From a virus (taxonomy: Duplodnaviria; Heunggongvirae; Uroviricota; Caudoviricetes): 64,000 nt of DNA. Below, piece after piece: positions 39,319-49,098 of this stretch (within the stretch, counting starts at the first letter, position 1; each line of letters opens with the position of its first letter). The translations under genes were made by a program, and so were the position numbers. The stretch lies in the IMG/VR virus record IMGVR_UViG_3300025765_000001. One strand, written 5' to 3'. Below the pieces are notes generated by a model. That model saw only the letters and a list, made by a program, of their open reading frames with translations, had not been told where the DNA came from and did not search any database.

Positions 39319-39777
39319 ATGTACGGCAGGAAACTTGACGAACAGATTGAAAAGATTAAGGAGATGGGCGATAGCCTCATCCCTTACAACTTCCCTCTAG
39401 GAAACGTAAAGAACGAGGACGAATTGCTTCCATTGAAAACCAGCGAATTGTTAGTTGATGGCTACAATGTCATCGTACATTTCAGCAAAGCTGACTATGA
39501 GAAGCACTATCTCATCACGGTGCAGATACATGGCAAGTACGAACCCTTCTTGCCATTCAATCTAGTGACGAAACTCGCCAAACGCTTCTTGGGAGAGGAG
39601 AATCTGTACTTGGTCGAACTATTGAAGGACAACAGGAAAATCTACTGTTGGACACTAACAACGACCAAGGATGGAGAAGCTGTGCCTAATTCGTTACAAG
39701 AGCCGGTAGCCGAGCCACTAGAATATGAGGGTCTCAGGTATGGATACCTTCTGCCGCAGGACGTTAATTTCTTCTAG
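39319..39777 (+). CDS. hypothetical protein
   Basis: 152-aa ORF with GAGGAG RBS. Confidence 0.75.
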   Translation: MYGRKLDEQIEKIKEMGDSLIPYNFPLGNVKNEDELLPLKTSELLVDGYNVIVHFSKADYEKHYLITVQIHGKYEPFLPFNLVTKLAKRFLGEENLYLVELLKDNRKIYCWTLTTTKDGEAVPNSLQEPVAEPLEYEGLRYGYLLPQDVNFF

Positions 39778-40230
39778 TCTGGTCCTGTTGATATTCGTGA
39801 TCGGCGGCTGCTGTCTTCGATCACCGACTCCAATTCGCATTATGCTGCCGGAAGAGCAGCGTATCGTAGACGCTACTAATGCCGCTAGAGCTAAACATGG
39901 CCTCCCGCCGCTGGAAGTAGACATCAAGCTATGTACAGCCGCAGGTGAACATGCCAGGAATATGGCTAGCCGCAAGCGTCTGTCTCACGAGTTACCCATC
40001 CCAGGTGCCCGCACCATGATAGAGCGTGTCGGGGCCGTTCAATACCAATGGTCTGCTTTGGGTGAAAACATAGCGTGGAACTACCCATTCGAGGAGGTAG
40101 TTTCAAGTTGGATGTCCTCGCCCGGTTATAGAGAAACATCTTGGGAAAGTATACTCAAATTGGAGTGGCGTTCGCCGTGGCTGATGACGGAATCTACTAC
40201 TATTGTCAGGTTTTCGCCACGCCTAGATGA
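39740..40230 (+). pseudogene. CAP/SCP-domain lipoprotein, frameshifted
   Basis: N..R..HGL..L, H...MA....SH, GENIA, WMSSPGYRE; C-terminal NILGKYTQIGVA..YYCQVF is in another frame after ~40135. Confidence 0.75.
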
Positions 40231-40340
40231 GTTATTATTTTCTCATCTGGATGATTCCTTCTTTAATACAGGTATATAGTTCGTCTCGTTTTTGACGAGC
40301 TATTCAATACCGATAAGCCTATGAATGGAGAGGTATACCA

Positions 40341-40643
40341 ATGACCAAAACAGACAAAATTCAGTCCATGCTTATTACCACTCTGCTTGAAGAGGGTCAG
40401 GTTCAATTGATTCTGCCGAGCGGCATGGTACTAGAAATTGGTATCACGCAGGAAGATAAAAATGGACAACTAGTAAAGACCGAAGACTATTGTTGGGTTA
40501 TCGCCTCTCAATCCGGTAGGGACGTATCCATCGATTCCTATAATCTGGGCTTGAGATTTTGTGACGACGGTAGTAAAATCTTGTTCGAGGATTGTGTAGT
40601 AAACAAGGAGGGCAGACCGACCCGTTCGGTCGCAGTTGCTTAA
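40341..40643 (+). CDS. hypothetical protein
   Basis: 100-aa ORF with GAGG RBS. Confidence 0.7.
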   Translation: MTKTDKIQSMLITTLLEEGQVQLILPSGMVLEIGITQEDKNGQLVKTEDYCWVIASQSGRDVSIDSYNLGLRFCDDGSKILFEDCVVNKEGRPTRSVAVA

Positions 40644-40927
40644 ACGATCTCTAGCGGTTGGAATTGCCCATGCCAATTTATCAGGGCTTCTATAGTTCCT
40701 GTGGTGTGGGCAACTCCGTGCATAACCTCGAACTCTATCCAAACGAGAAAACCCTTCTCGACAAGCTTGAATCTACTAAAACTGATCTTGCGGGCTTGAC
40801 AAGTAGGCTCTATCTGTAGATACTGTATCGAGCAATCACGGACAAAGGACATCAACGCACGACGGTCGATGAACTTGGTCCAGTTCGCAACGAGGAGTTT
40901 TTCAAGGTCCGCACAGTTTAGTTCCAT
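40640..40927 (-). CDS. hypothetical protein
   Basis: Convergent ORF; start uncertain. Confidence 0.55.
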   Translation of the reverse strand: MELNCADLEKLLVANWTKFIDRRALMSFVRDCSIQYLQIEPTCQARKISFSRFKLVEKGFLVWIEFEVMHGVAHTTGTIEALINWHGQFQPLEIV

Positions 40928-40975
40928 GTAATTTGTGCTGTCTGGCAGCACTGTCTCTAGAGGTAAGGGTGTCCA

Positions 40976-41350
40976 ATGAAAAAGACAGACGCCGTACTAA
41001 AAGAGTATGTCAGAGGTCTTTCTGATGAAGACCTTCGCTTCTTGAATAGCCGGTTCCAGCAGTTGCTCTGCGGAGATCGTGCTGAGATCGCTGACATACT
41101 TTTCAAGGACAAGGATGTAGATCGTTGGCTGGCTTCTGCTACCTCAGCAGAGGATTGGTTTGATATGCTCGATGTTGTTGGGCAGAACGTCGTCCGTGAG
41201 GCCAAACGGCGACATGCTATCCTGAAGGAACAGAGGGAACAGAGGGAACAGAGGGAACAGAGGGAACAGAACCAGGGAAAACGGGACAAGCCTTTCCAAA
41301 GGAAGGAGCGGCTCCCGCAGCCCGCACCCGCAAATGTGGAGGCTTCTTAA
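40976..41350 (+). CDS. hypothetical protein with EQR repeat
   Basis: 124-aa ORF followed by a terminator. Confidence 0.75.
   Translation: MKKTDAVLKEYVRGLSDEDLRFLNSRFQQLLCGDRAEIADILFKDKDVDRWLASATSAEDWFDMLDVVGQNVVREAKRRHAILKEQREQREQREQREQNQGKRDKPFQRKERLPQPAPANVEAS
41227..41270 (+). repeat. 9-bp tandem repeat (GGAACAGAG) x ~5
   Basis: Read directly; encodes EQR units. Confidence 0.9.
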
Positions 41351-41356
41351 CTACAC

Positions 41357-41386
41357 AAAAGCAGGCGGCGAGAGCCGCCTGCTTTT
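41357..41386. terminator. intrinsic terminator (bidirectional-looking)
   Basis: AAAAGCAGGCGGC-GAGA-GCCGCCTGCTTTT. Confidence 0.85.
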
Positions 41387-41897
41387 GTGTTTAAGGAGCT
41401 ATATGCCCATAGAGAAACCACTAATGACGTTCGACCAACTCAGGGAGGAGAACGAGCATCATTGGCAAATACAAGTGGCAAATACAAGTATCGCTGGATG
41501 TATAAGGTAAGTATCCATGAGTCTGCCGCCTTCGTGATAGGTCGCAGAGGACTTGGACTTAATGAGAAGTTGTCGTTCTATAAACTGGACACAAAGCGAG
41601 TGAAGGAAGCGGTTTTGGGAACTCTTGCAGAAAAGTACCGAAATAAGCGGGTTCACTCATGGGTTTTGTGGAAGGCTCTGAACGACAATGTAGAAGCCAT
41701 CCTCACAGGATTACGGGTTAGACTGGCAGACCTCAAAGAGTTTGCTGGCACTATTCGATACAAGAGTGAAAATCTCTTGGGCGAAATCTTCCTACAAGAA
41801 CTGCTCGTAGGGAGTGAAGTTTAGTTACTTTTTGATGGTTGAAAGACCATCTATTTAGGCTCGCCGATTTTGGTGGGTTTAAGAAAGCAGGATGTAG

Positions 41898-43961
41898 ATG
41901 TCACCTGTTCAACGTTTGACCGATCAACCGATCTTGGTAGCTACGAACACTTTCCCTTCGTATGCCAAGTTTCCATTTGATTTCTTCAATCAGGTCCAAA
42001 GCCGTGTTGTTGACATTTACGACAAGGACTGTAGTGCTTTGATCGCCACAAAGACCGGCTCAGGCAAGACAGTCTGTGCCGAGATGTTCATGGCCCACGA
42101 GATCAACGTCCGTGGCGGCAAGGCAATGTATCTTGCGCCACTCAGGGCTTTAGCTAAAGAAAAGCTGGACGATTGGACTGACCTTGCTCACTCATTCGAT
42201 GGCAATGGCATCTCTATCTGCACAGGGGATTACCGTCTCACCCCAGCCCGAAAGAAAGAACTGGAGAACTCGAAAATCATTGTGATGACATCAGAGATGC
42301 TCAATTCACGGTGTAGAAACTATAAATCAGAGAATAACGAGTGGCTCCAGGACATTGGGACTATTGTTGTTGATGAATCACATCTACTTACCGTGCCCGG
42401 TCGAGGCGATCACTTAGAAGTCGGCCTGATGAAATTAGCCCAGATAGCTACGAACTTGCGAATCGTGTTTCTGTCGGCGACGATGCCTAATGTCGCCGAG
42501 ATTGCTGATTGGATTGCCTACCAGTTGACCAAGAAGCAGACTTTTTTGCTGGAGTCGGATTATCGTCCTTGTCCTCTGGGCATTCACTATCAGAAGTATT
42601 GGGACGGCAACAAGCTCTACGAACAAAACGAGGAAGAGAAGGTCAATGCCGCCCTCAATATCGTCCATGACTACTCGGACGACAAGTTTCTTGTTTTTGT
42701 TCACACCAAACGAACCGGCGAGATGATGTTGCGGGCACTTAAAGGCAGTGGTATTGAGGCTGAGTTCCACAATGCCGACTTAGAGAAGGCCAAGCGGCAT
42801 AGTGTCGAGAAGTCCTTTCGCTCTGGGTCATTACACGCAATTGTAGCCACGTCTACACTTGCCTGGGGCTTAAATCTGCCCGCTCGTCGGGTAATCATCG
42901 TTGGGGTGCATCGTGGTCTGAACGAAGTTGATACTTACGACATCTGGCAGATGGCGGGCCGTGCAGGAAGGCCGGGGTACGATCCTCGTGGCGATGTTTA
43001 TATTCTGGTGCCGGACTCGAAAGCTGACTACCATATTGAGCGACTCTCGAAGCATCAGCGTATCGAGTCTAGGTTGTTGGATTACGTTGGCGGTGGGCAG
43101 GATGAAGACGGCAAGGAAAAGGCCCCTCACTACAAGACTCTGGCCTTTCATTTGGTCAGCGAGATTCACCACGGCGGCATTAAGAATCGTGACGACGTGT
43201 ACAAGTGGTATGAAAACACGCTGGCTAACTTCCAGTCCAAGTCGTTTGACGATGATATTGTGGATGCCACGTTGAATCTCTTGGTCAAGTACAAGGCGAT
43301 TCGCCAAGAACAAGACGGCAGCATAGAAGTCACTGGCATCGGCAAGGTAGCCAGCATGTTTTACTACTCGCCTTTCGATGTTGCCGATCTCAAGCGGAAT
43401 TTCGATGTGGTATTCAAGCATGGGCTGCATAATAACGATTTGATCCTCTCGTATGCCCTGGGGAACGTGGATACGATTCGCATGGGCATTTGTAACAAAA
43501 AGGAACGAGAGGAGATGTCGAATTACGCAGCCAAACTGAGGATGATGCTAGGCGATAATCTTCCAGAGACCGCCGTTAAGGGCGGGTACGTTCACTGGTG
43601 CTTACTCACCGGCAGCGAAACTGGCAGCTTTGCGGCTATGGCTAGGAATGTCCAGATGGACTTTCCTCGCACGAGGACGGTGTTGGAAGCTCTGGATTCC
43701 ATGAGTGCGAAGTGGGAACGAGCCGATTTCTTTGACGAACTAGAATCTAGGGTATCCTACGGTGTCGAGCCACATTTGATACCTCTGGTCAAGATTCCGG
43801 GGATCGGGGCCGTTCGTGCTACCAAACTCTACAATGCTGGCATCAAGAGCATCCGTGATTTTGTGGACCGGGCTACCGATCTCCCGAAAATTCTGAACAT
43901 GAAGGCTGATCGGATCAAGGACTTTGTGGCGGACGCCGAGAAGGTGATGCTGTTGCCTTAG
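41898..43961 (+). CDS. Ski2/Hel308-like SF2 helicase with C-terminal HhH
   Basis: TGSGKT, PLRALA.EK, DESH, LSAT, TSTLAWG.NLPA, QMAGRAGRPG.D, IPGIG..RA.KL. Confidence 0.92.
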   Translation: MSPVQRLTDQPILVATNTFPSYAKFPFDFFNQVQSRVVDIYDKDCSALIATKTGSGKTVCAEMFMAHEINVRGGKAMYLAPLRALAKEKLDDWTDLAHSFDGNGISICTGDYRLTPARKKELENSKIIVMTSEMLNSRCRNYKSENNEWLQDIGTIVVDESHLLTVPGRGDHLEVGLMKLAQIATNLRIVFLSATMPNVAEIADWIAYQLTKKQTFLLESDYRPCPLGIHYQKYWDGNKLYEQNEEEKVNAALNIVHDYSDDKFLVFVHTKRTGEMMLRALKGSGIEAEFHNADLEKAKRHSVEKSFRSGSLHAIVATSTLAWGLNLPARRVIIVGVHRGLNEVDTYDIWQMAGRAGRPGYDPRGDVYILVPDSKADYHIERLSKHQRIESRLLDYVGGGQDEDGKEKAPHYKTLAFHLVSEIHHGGIKNRDDVYKWYENTLANFQSKSFDDDIVDATLNLLVKYKAIRQEQDGSIEVTGIGKVASMFYYSPFDVADLKRNFDVVFKHGLHNNDLILSYALGNVDTIRMGICNKKEREEMSNYAAKLRMMLGDNLPETAVKGGYVHWCLLTGSETGSFAAMARNVQMDFPRTRTVLEALDSMSAKWERADFFDELESRVSYGVEPHLIPLVKIPGIGAVRATKLYNAGIKSIRDFVDRATDLPKILNMKADRIKDFVADAEKVMLLP

Positions 43962-46066
43962 TATATCTTCTTCCCGCCTCCTCTTCCTTGCCTGACAACT
44001 TGAATTCTGCTGAGTATCTTGTTTCTCATGGCGGCACGAAACGAGGTTAACTTCATCAATCTATCTGTCATAAGTCTTCTTGCCATGAATTCTTGGCCTG
44101 TCTCACAGATGGGGCCTTCTGACCCAAGCAGTTCGCACTGAGGCGACGGCACGATGGATACGCTGATTGTGTCGCCGTCGTTGACGCAAACTGGCGGCGG
44201 CGAACCATTGATTCTCACATCGTCTGTGCCATTTGGCATACAATCACAGGTGTTGTCGCTTATACTCGCACTTAGACATTGATCTCCAATTGAGTAGGCA
44301 ACGCCGCCCGTTACTTCTATGCTGCATTCGGGCACAAGATAAACAGAGAACAAACACTCACTACAAGCCAGGGCTTGGGCTGTTACCATATCCTGTTCCC
44401 GCATCCATCGGGTGGGTCTGGATGCAGGATCAAAGAATTTTAATACCTTTGATAGAGATGCAGAACCGTTTGAGGCATCACCTGCACTTGAAGAAATTCT
44501 GCTGGACGAACTCGTGGACGAACTCGTGGATGAACTCCTACTACTTGAACTACTTGCACTGCTATTGCTCGAAGATGTACTGCTCGAAGGACTGCTCGAA
44601 GAGCTTCGGCTGGACAAGGAGCTTGATGAGCTTCGGCTGGACAAGGAGCTTGATGAGCTTCGGCTGGACAAGGAGCTTGATGAGCTTCGGCTGCTAAAAG
44701 AAGAGAACGACGATCTGGAACTACTGCTACTCGAACTACTCCTGCTTGAATAGGAGCTTGAAGAACTCCTACTTGAAGAGTTACTGCTACTTGAAGACCG
44801 ACTGCTCGAAGATGAGAACGACGACCTAGAGCTACTGCTACTCAATGAACTCTTACTAGACGAGCTACTCAATGAACTCTTACTAGACGAGCTACTCAAT
44901 GAACTCTTACTAGACGAGCTACTCAATGAACTCTTACTAGACGAGCTACTTGATGAACTATGGCTGCTGGAGTTACTTGAGGAGCTTAGGCTTGAGGAAC
45001 TGCTAAAGCTACTCCTGCTACTTGAGGAACTTCGGCTAGACGACGAGCTTGACGAACTTTGGCTGCTCCTGCTGCTGGAAGAACTAGAGATACTCCTGCT
45101 GCTGGAAGAACTCCTTGAACTGCTTTTACTCGATGAGGAGCTAGAGGAACTATGACTGCTAGAACTACTCAATGAAGATTGAGAACTACTACTTGAGCTA
45201 CTTCTGCTGGAAGAGCTACTTGAAGAGCTTCGAGAGCTACTGCTGCTTGATGACGACCGAGAGCTTGAGGACGATGAGGACGATCTGGAACTACTGCTTG
45301 AACTACTCTTGCTAGACGAACTGCTCGATGATGACCGAGAGCTTGAAGATGAAGACGAACTCCGACTACTACTGCTCGAAGAACTACTTACACTTGAAGA
45401 ACTGCTTGAAGAACTGCTTGAAGAACTTCGACTGCTCGAAGACGAGGAAGACGATCTAGAGCTACTGCTAGAACTACTCTTGCTAGACGAAGAACTTGAT
45501 GAACTGCGGCTAGATGAGGAGCTTTTGCTGGACGAGCTACTAGAACTGCTACGGCTGCTACTGCTCGAAGAACTTCGGCTGCTTGACGACGAAGAAGATG
45601 ACTTGGAGCTACTACTAGACGAACTACTCCTGCTGGAAGAACTGCTCGAACTGCTTACGCTAGAACTGCTGCTCGAAGATCGACTGCTAGAGCTACTTGA
45701 AGAACTTCTGCTTGATGAAGAACTTGAGGAACTGCGGCTGGACGAACTACTCGAACTGCTGCGGCTGCTACTACTGGACGAACTGCTTCTGCTAGAAGAA
45801 CTGCTAGAAGAACTGCTAGAAGAACTGCTAGAAGAACTCTGGGAGCTACTACTGCTGCTGCTCGAAGATCGACTGCTGGAGGATTTTGACGAAGATTTGG
45901 ACGACGAGATAGATGATGAAGATCGTGATGACAAAGACCTACCTGACGAGGACGCAACACAGAAGTCCCAACGTACTGATGGGCATTCCGGGGGCGGGCA
46001 GCAACCACAGTTGCATCCACACCATCCGCCACTACCTCTAGCATAAGGAGGCCCGCAGTCTGCCAT
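43958..46066 (-). CDS. poly-serine (mucin-like) protein with Cys-rich termini
   Basis: Continuous 702-aa frame; ~490-aa Ser tract with periodic R/K; mixed AGY and TCN codons; Cys-rich N- and C-terminal domains. Confidence 0.85.
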   Translation of the reverse strand: MADCGPPYARGSGGWCGCNCGCCPPPECPSVRWDFCVASSSGRSLSSRSSSSISSSKSSSKSSSSRSSSSSSSSSQSSSSSSSSSSSSSSSSRSSSSSSSSRSSSSSSSSRSSSSSSSSRSSSSSSSSRSSSSSSSVSSSSSSSSRSSSSSSSSKSSSSSSSSRSSSSSSSRSSSSSSSSKSSSSSRSSSSSSSSKSSSSSSSRSSSSSSSSRSSSSSSSSSSSSVSSSSSSSSRSSSSSSSSRSSSSSSSSKSSSSSSSRSSSSSSSSRSSSSSSSSRSSSSSSSSRSSSSSSSQSSLSSSSSHSSSSSSSSKSSSRSSSSSRSISSSSSSRSSQSSSSSSSSRSSSSSRSSFSSSSSLSSSSNSSSHSSSSSSSSKSSLSSSSSKSSLSSSSSKSSLSSSSSKSSLSSSSSRSSFSSSSSRSSSSSNSSSRSSSSSYSSRSSSSSSSSRSSFSSFSSRSSSSSLSSRSSSSSLSSRSSSSSLSSRSSSSSPSSSTSSSNSSASSSSSRSSSTSSSTSSSSRISSSAGDASNGSASLSKVLKFFDPASRPTRWMREQDMVTAQALACSECLFSVYLVPECSIEVTGGVAYSIGDQCLSASISDNTCDCMPNGTDDVRINGSPPPVCVNDGDTISVSIVPSPQCELLGSEGPICETGQEFMARRLMTDRLMKLTSFRAAMRNKILSRIQVVRQGRGGGKKIY
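44601..44693. repeat. 27-bp tandem repeat x ~3.4
   Basis: GAGCTTCGGCTGGACAAGGAGCTTGAT units. Confidence 0.85.
44837..44949. repeat. 27-bp tandem repeat x ~4
   Basis: CTCAATGAACTCTTACTAGACGAGCTA units (SSSSKSSLS on the minus strand). Confidence 0.85.
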
Positions 46067-46123
46067 TTATCTCTTTCTCTGACTATACTAAACAGGTACA
46101 ATTGGCTCTAAAGCGAGGAACCC

Positions 46124-47200
46124 ATGCCAGCCAAGAGAAGAAAGCAGTACGACCGCTCTGACGGACCTAGAAAGCCAATGAAGATCATTCTCAAGAACCA
46201 CCAGTCTCCAGGCGACATCGTAATGATGGCTTACGCATTAAAGGCTTTGCACGAGCAATATCCAAACCGGTACGTTACGGGTGTAGATACGTTTTTCAAC
46301 GAGGTTTTCGAGGGCAACCCCTACGTCACCAAATTAAACCCGAAGGACCGGGACGTATATGTAATAGAGCTAGATTATCCCACCATTCACGAAAGTAATC
46401 AGAAAGCGTACCATTTTGTGAACGCCTTTGGGTCAGACTTGGCTAGAAAACTCAATATCAAACTAGAGCCTACCGATTTTCAGAGTGCGGTCTGGATTCG
46501 AGAGGAAGAACAAAGCTGGTTCTCGCAGATACATGAAATCCTGGGATATGATCCGCCTTTTTGGGTGGTCAATGCCGGGCATAAGTGGGACTATACTGCT
46601 AAAGCGTGGGATTTTGAGAGATATCAGGCTTTGGTAGACCGGTTTATCGATCTTGTATTTGTCCAGATTGGCAATCCAGACCACAACCATCCAAAATTGA
46701 CCGGCAAAAATCTCGTCAATCTAGTGGGCAAGACCGATGGACGGCAGCTAATCAGGTTGATTTGGCACAGTTTCGGTGTTATTACACCCATTAGTTTGCC
46801 GATGCACCTTGCATATGCGGTGCCGCCACATCCTCGCTACAATAGGAAAAGTCGTGCCTGTATCGTCATTTCAGGCGGTCGAGAGCCTAACCACTGGCAG
46901 GCGGCGGCGAACCAGCAGTTCGTTCACACATGCGGAATGCTCGATTGTTGTGATTTAGGGGGGTGCTGGAAATCTAGAGTGGTTCCAATAGGTGATGGTG
47001 ATTCCAAAGATCGTGACCTATGCATTTACCCTGTTAAGCTAGCCTCTGGTCAGTACATCGCCAAATGTATGGATATGATTACGGTAGACGAGATCGCAGG
47101 ATTGATCTCTCGATATATGAACAACCTGGATTACAAGGCCAAGCCGCCGATCCCTTTTAGCTCTTCACATATGAGGGGTGATGATGTTCCGACTGAGTAA
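46124..47200 (+). CDS. GT9-like (heptosyltransferase-type) glycosyltransferase with Cys finger
   Basis: SPGDIVM, K.W, FVQIG, NLVGKT..RQL, MHLA, CC..GGCW...C...CM..IT. Confidence 0.8.
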   Translation: MPAKRRKQYDRSDGPRKPMKIILKNHQSPGDIVMMAYALKALHEQYPNRYVTGVDTFFNEVFEGNPYVTKLNPKDRDVYVIELDYPTIHESNQKAYHFVNAFGSDLARKLNIKLEPTDFQSAVWIREEEQSWFSQIHEILGYDPPFWVVNAGHKWDYTAKAWDFERYQALVDRFIDLVFVQIGNPDHNHPKLTGKNLVNLVGKTDGRQLIRLIWHSFGVITPISLPMHLAYAVPPHPRYNRKSRACIVISGGREPNHWQAAANQQFVHTCGMLDCCDLGGCWKSRVVPIGDGDSKDRDLCIYPVKLASGQYIAKCMDMITVDEIAGLISRYMNNLDYKAKPPIPFSSSHMRGDDVPTE

Positions 47201-48278
47201 GAGTAAAAACATAGGGGTGTTTTCTAAGTTCGACCTCAGTGGTGGATCGGAGATGAGATGCATCGAGTTAGCCAACGCCATTTCAAGATATACTAACCAC
47301 AAGTCTTATTTGTTATGCGAGGCTGGCATCACAGATAAACTCCGTAGTCGTGTTTCCGACACTGTAGAAATCTACACTAACGTATTTATTCTAGAACCAG
47401 AAAAGGTAGATAAACTCTATGAATTAGATCACTTGATAGTCGTCAACACGGATTCTAGATTGTTTTCCTCTCTGGATTACTGGCTAGGCAAGAGTGAAAA
47501 GCACTCCAAGCCAGTCGATCTATCGAAAATAAAACAGATAACCTTCCTCTACAACTATATTGTTTCACCGTGTAAGGGGTTGGCACGAATACAAGAATAC
47601 TGCCCCGATTTGAGGATTATCACAACGAACCGGAAGTTCTTCGAGGAAATTGGTCGTAAGTACGAAGAAGTGATCCATATACCCAGGATGATACTAGAGT
47701 CGCCCATTGACCCAATGAGTGTGGAGCAAGGGAAGTCAGTTTCTCCCAAATTGCGACTAGGTATGCATTCAAAGCCTGTGGGTGACAAATGGAACAAGGA
47801 CTGGCCTTTGTTAGTTGAAGCGGTTCATGAAGACCTCGATATAGCGGATGTTGGGTGGAGGTTTATGGGTTGCCCCTCCAACGTGCAGGGTAGTTTGAAG
47901 AAGTTCCGCAACATAGAGTTCCACAAGGAATTCTCCCTTGATGTAAAAGACTTCTTGTTTGATGTAGATGTATTTGTGTTCTTTCCCTCTTACAAAAGAG
48001 AAGAACCTTGGTCTAGATCAATAGCAGAAGGCATCATGAGTGGTTGTCCTGTGTTGGCGACTCCCAAGGGAGGCAATGTAGATCAGATAGTACATGGTAA
48101 CAATGGCTTTTTGTGCAAGGACATAGCAGAATATAAAAAAGCTATAGTGAAGTTAGCCAAGGATAGGAATCTCCTAGAACTAATGCGAAGTGAGTGCATC
48201 AGGAGATCAAAGGAGTTCTCGTCTAAGAGGGTCATCGAAAAATTGCTTGGTTTTATCGGAGTTTCATATGGGTCATAG
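47184..48278 (+). CDS. GT4-like (GT-B) glycosyltransferase
   Basis: GGSE, D.FVF.....EPW...AEG..SGCPV, HG.NGFL. Confidence 0.85.
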   Translation: MFRLSKSKNIGVFSKFDLSGGSEMRCIELANAISRYTNHKSYLLCEAGITDKLRSRVSDTVEIYTNVFILEPEKVDKLYELDHLIVVNTDSRLFSSLDYWLGKSEKHSKPVDLSKIKQITFLYNYIVSPCKGLARIQEYCPDLRIITTNRKFFEEIGRKYEEVIHIPRMILESPIDPMSVEQGKSVSPKLRLGMHSKPVGDKWNKDWPLLVEAVHEDLDIADVGWRFMGCPSNVQGSLKKFRNIEFHKEFSLDVKDFLFDVDVFVFFPSYKREEPWSRSIAEGIMSGCPVLATPKGGNVDQIVHGNNGFLCKDIAEYKKAIVKLAKDRNLLELMRSECIRRSKEFSSKRVIEKLLGFIGVSYGS

Positions 48279-49098
48279 ACAATACTGGCTTGGTCAGAAA
48301 ATTTGGGACGGCAATATAATACGTCCTATAACCAAGAACTACAAGATTTCACTCTGCACTACCTGTATGGATAGATTGGCAGACCTCTCTCAGACTCTTC
48401 CTTTCAACCTGGGCTACGAAAGATATCCAGACGTAGAGTTCGTTTTGCTGGACTACGGTAGCAAGAAGGACGATGTGGCTGCGTGGGTAAAGGCCAATCT
48501 ATCCGACTACATTAGTAATGGTAAACTGAACTTTTACCGCACTGATGAGCCACAGCACTATAGCATGGGCATATCACGCAACATAGCTTTTAAGGCTGCT
48601 ACCGGCGACGTGGTTGTTAATGTAGATGCCGATAATTACATAGTGTGGAGAACCGCTCCCCAGGCACCAGACCGCACATTCTGCGAGTACCTCAACATAT
48701 TGGCAAACCAGTGCGAGGGGCGGCGGGGGATGTTTGCCAAGGGCAAGAGGTTGTTGCGTGGGCGACTTGGCTTCTTCAAGAAGGAATTCATGGATGAGTT
48801 GGGTGGTTACGACGAGGAGATGGTTGGTTACGGGTACGACGATATAGACCTCTTGCGGCGGGGTTGGGCGTCCGGTTACGAATTGTATTGGTTTGGTGGA
48901 ATTTATCTGGAGAGGATCAAGACTTCTAGCAAGCAGAAGGGCGAAAACATGCCGATCAAGAACTGGAAGGAAAGCGAGAAGTTGAACCAACAGTTAGGGT
49001 ACAAGAAAATAGAACAAGGCATTTTGAAGGCCAACGAAGGTAAGCCCTGGGGCAAAGCCAGACTCATCAAGAACTTCTCCGAGGAAGTTATTCTTTAG
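48268..49098 (+). CDS. GT2/GT7-like (GT-A) glycosyltransferase
   Basis: ISLCTTCM.R, LDY.S, RN.A, NVDAD, GGYDE...YG.DD. Confidence 0.85.
   Translation: MGHRQYWLGQKIWDGNIIRPITKNYKISLCTTCMDRLADLSQTLPFNLGYERYPDVEFVLLDYGSKKDDVAAWVKANLSDYISNGKLNFYRTDEPQHYSMGISRNIAFKAATGDVVVNVDADNYIVWRTAPQAPDRTFCEYLNILANQCEGRRGMFAKGKRLLRGRLGFFKKEFMDELGGYDEEMVGYGYDDIDLLRRGWASGYELYWFGGIYLERIKTSSKQKGENMPIKNWKESEKLNQQLGYKKIEQGILKANEGKPWGKARLIKNFSEEVIL

Noticed and set aside
44450-45950. Possible CRISPR array or DGR repeats
   Set aside because: The repeats are contiguous coding tandem units without unique spacers; no cas or reverse transcriptase gene is in the window
44412-46046. Leu/Glu-rich plus-strand ORFs resembling LRR or coiled-coil proteins
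   Set aside because: They are the antisense shadow of Ser codons and are fragmented by stops, whereas the minus frame is continuous with structured termini
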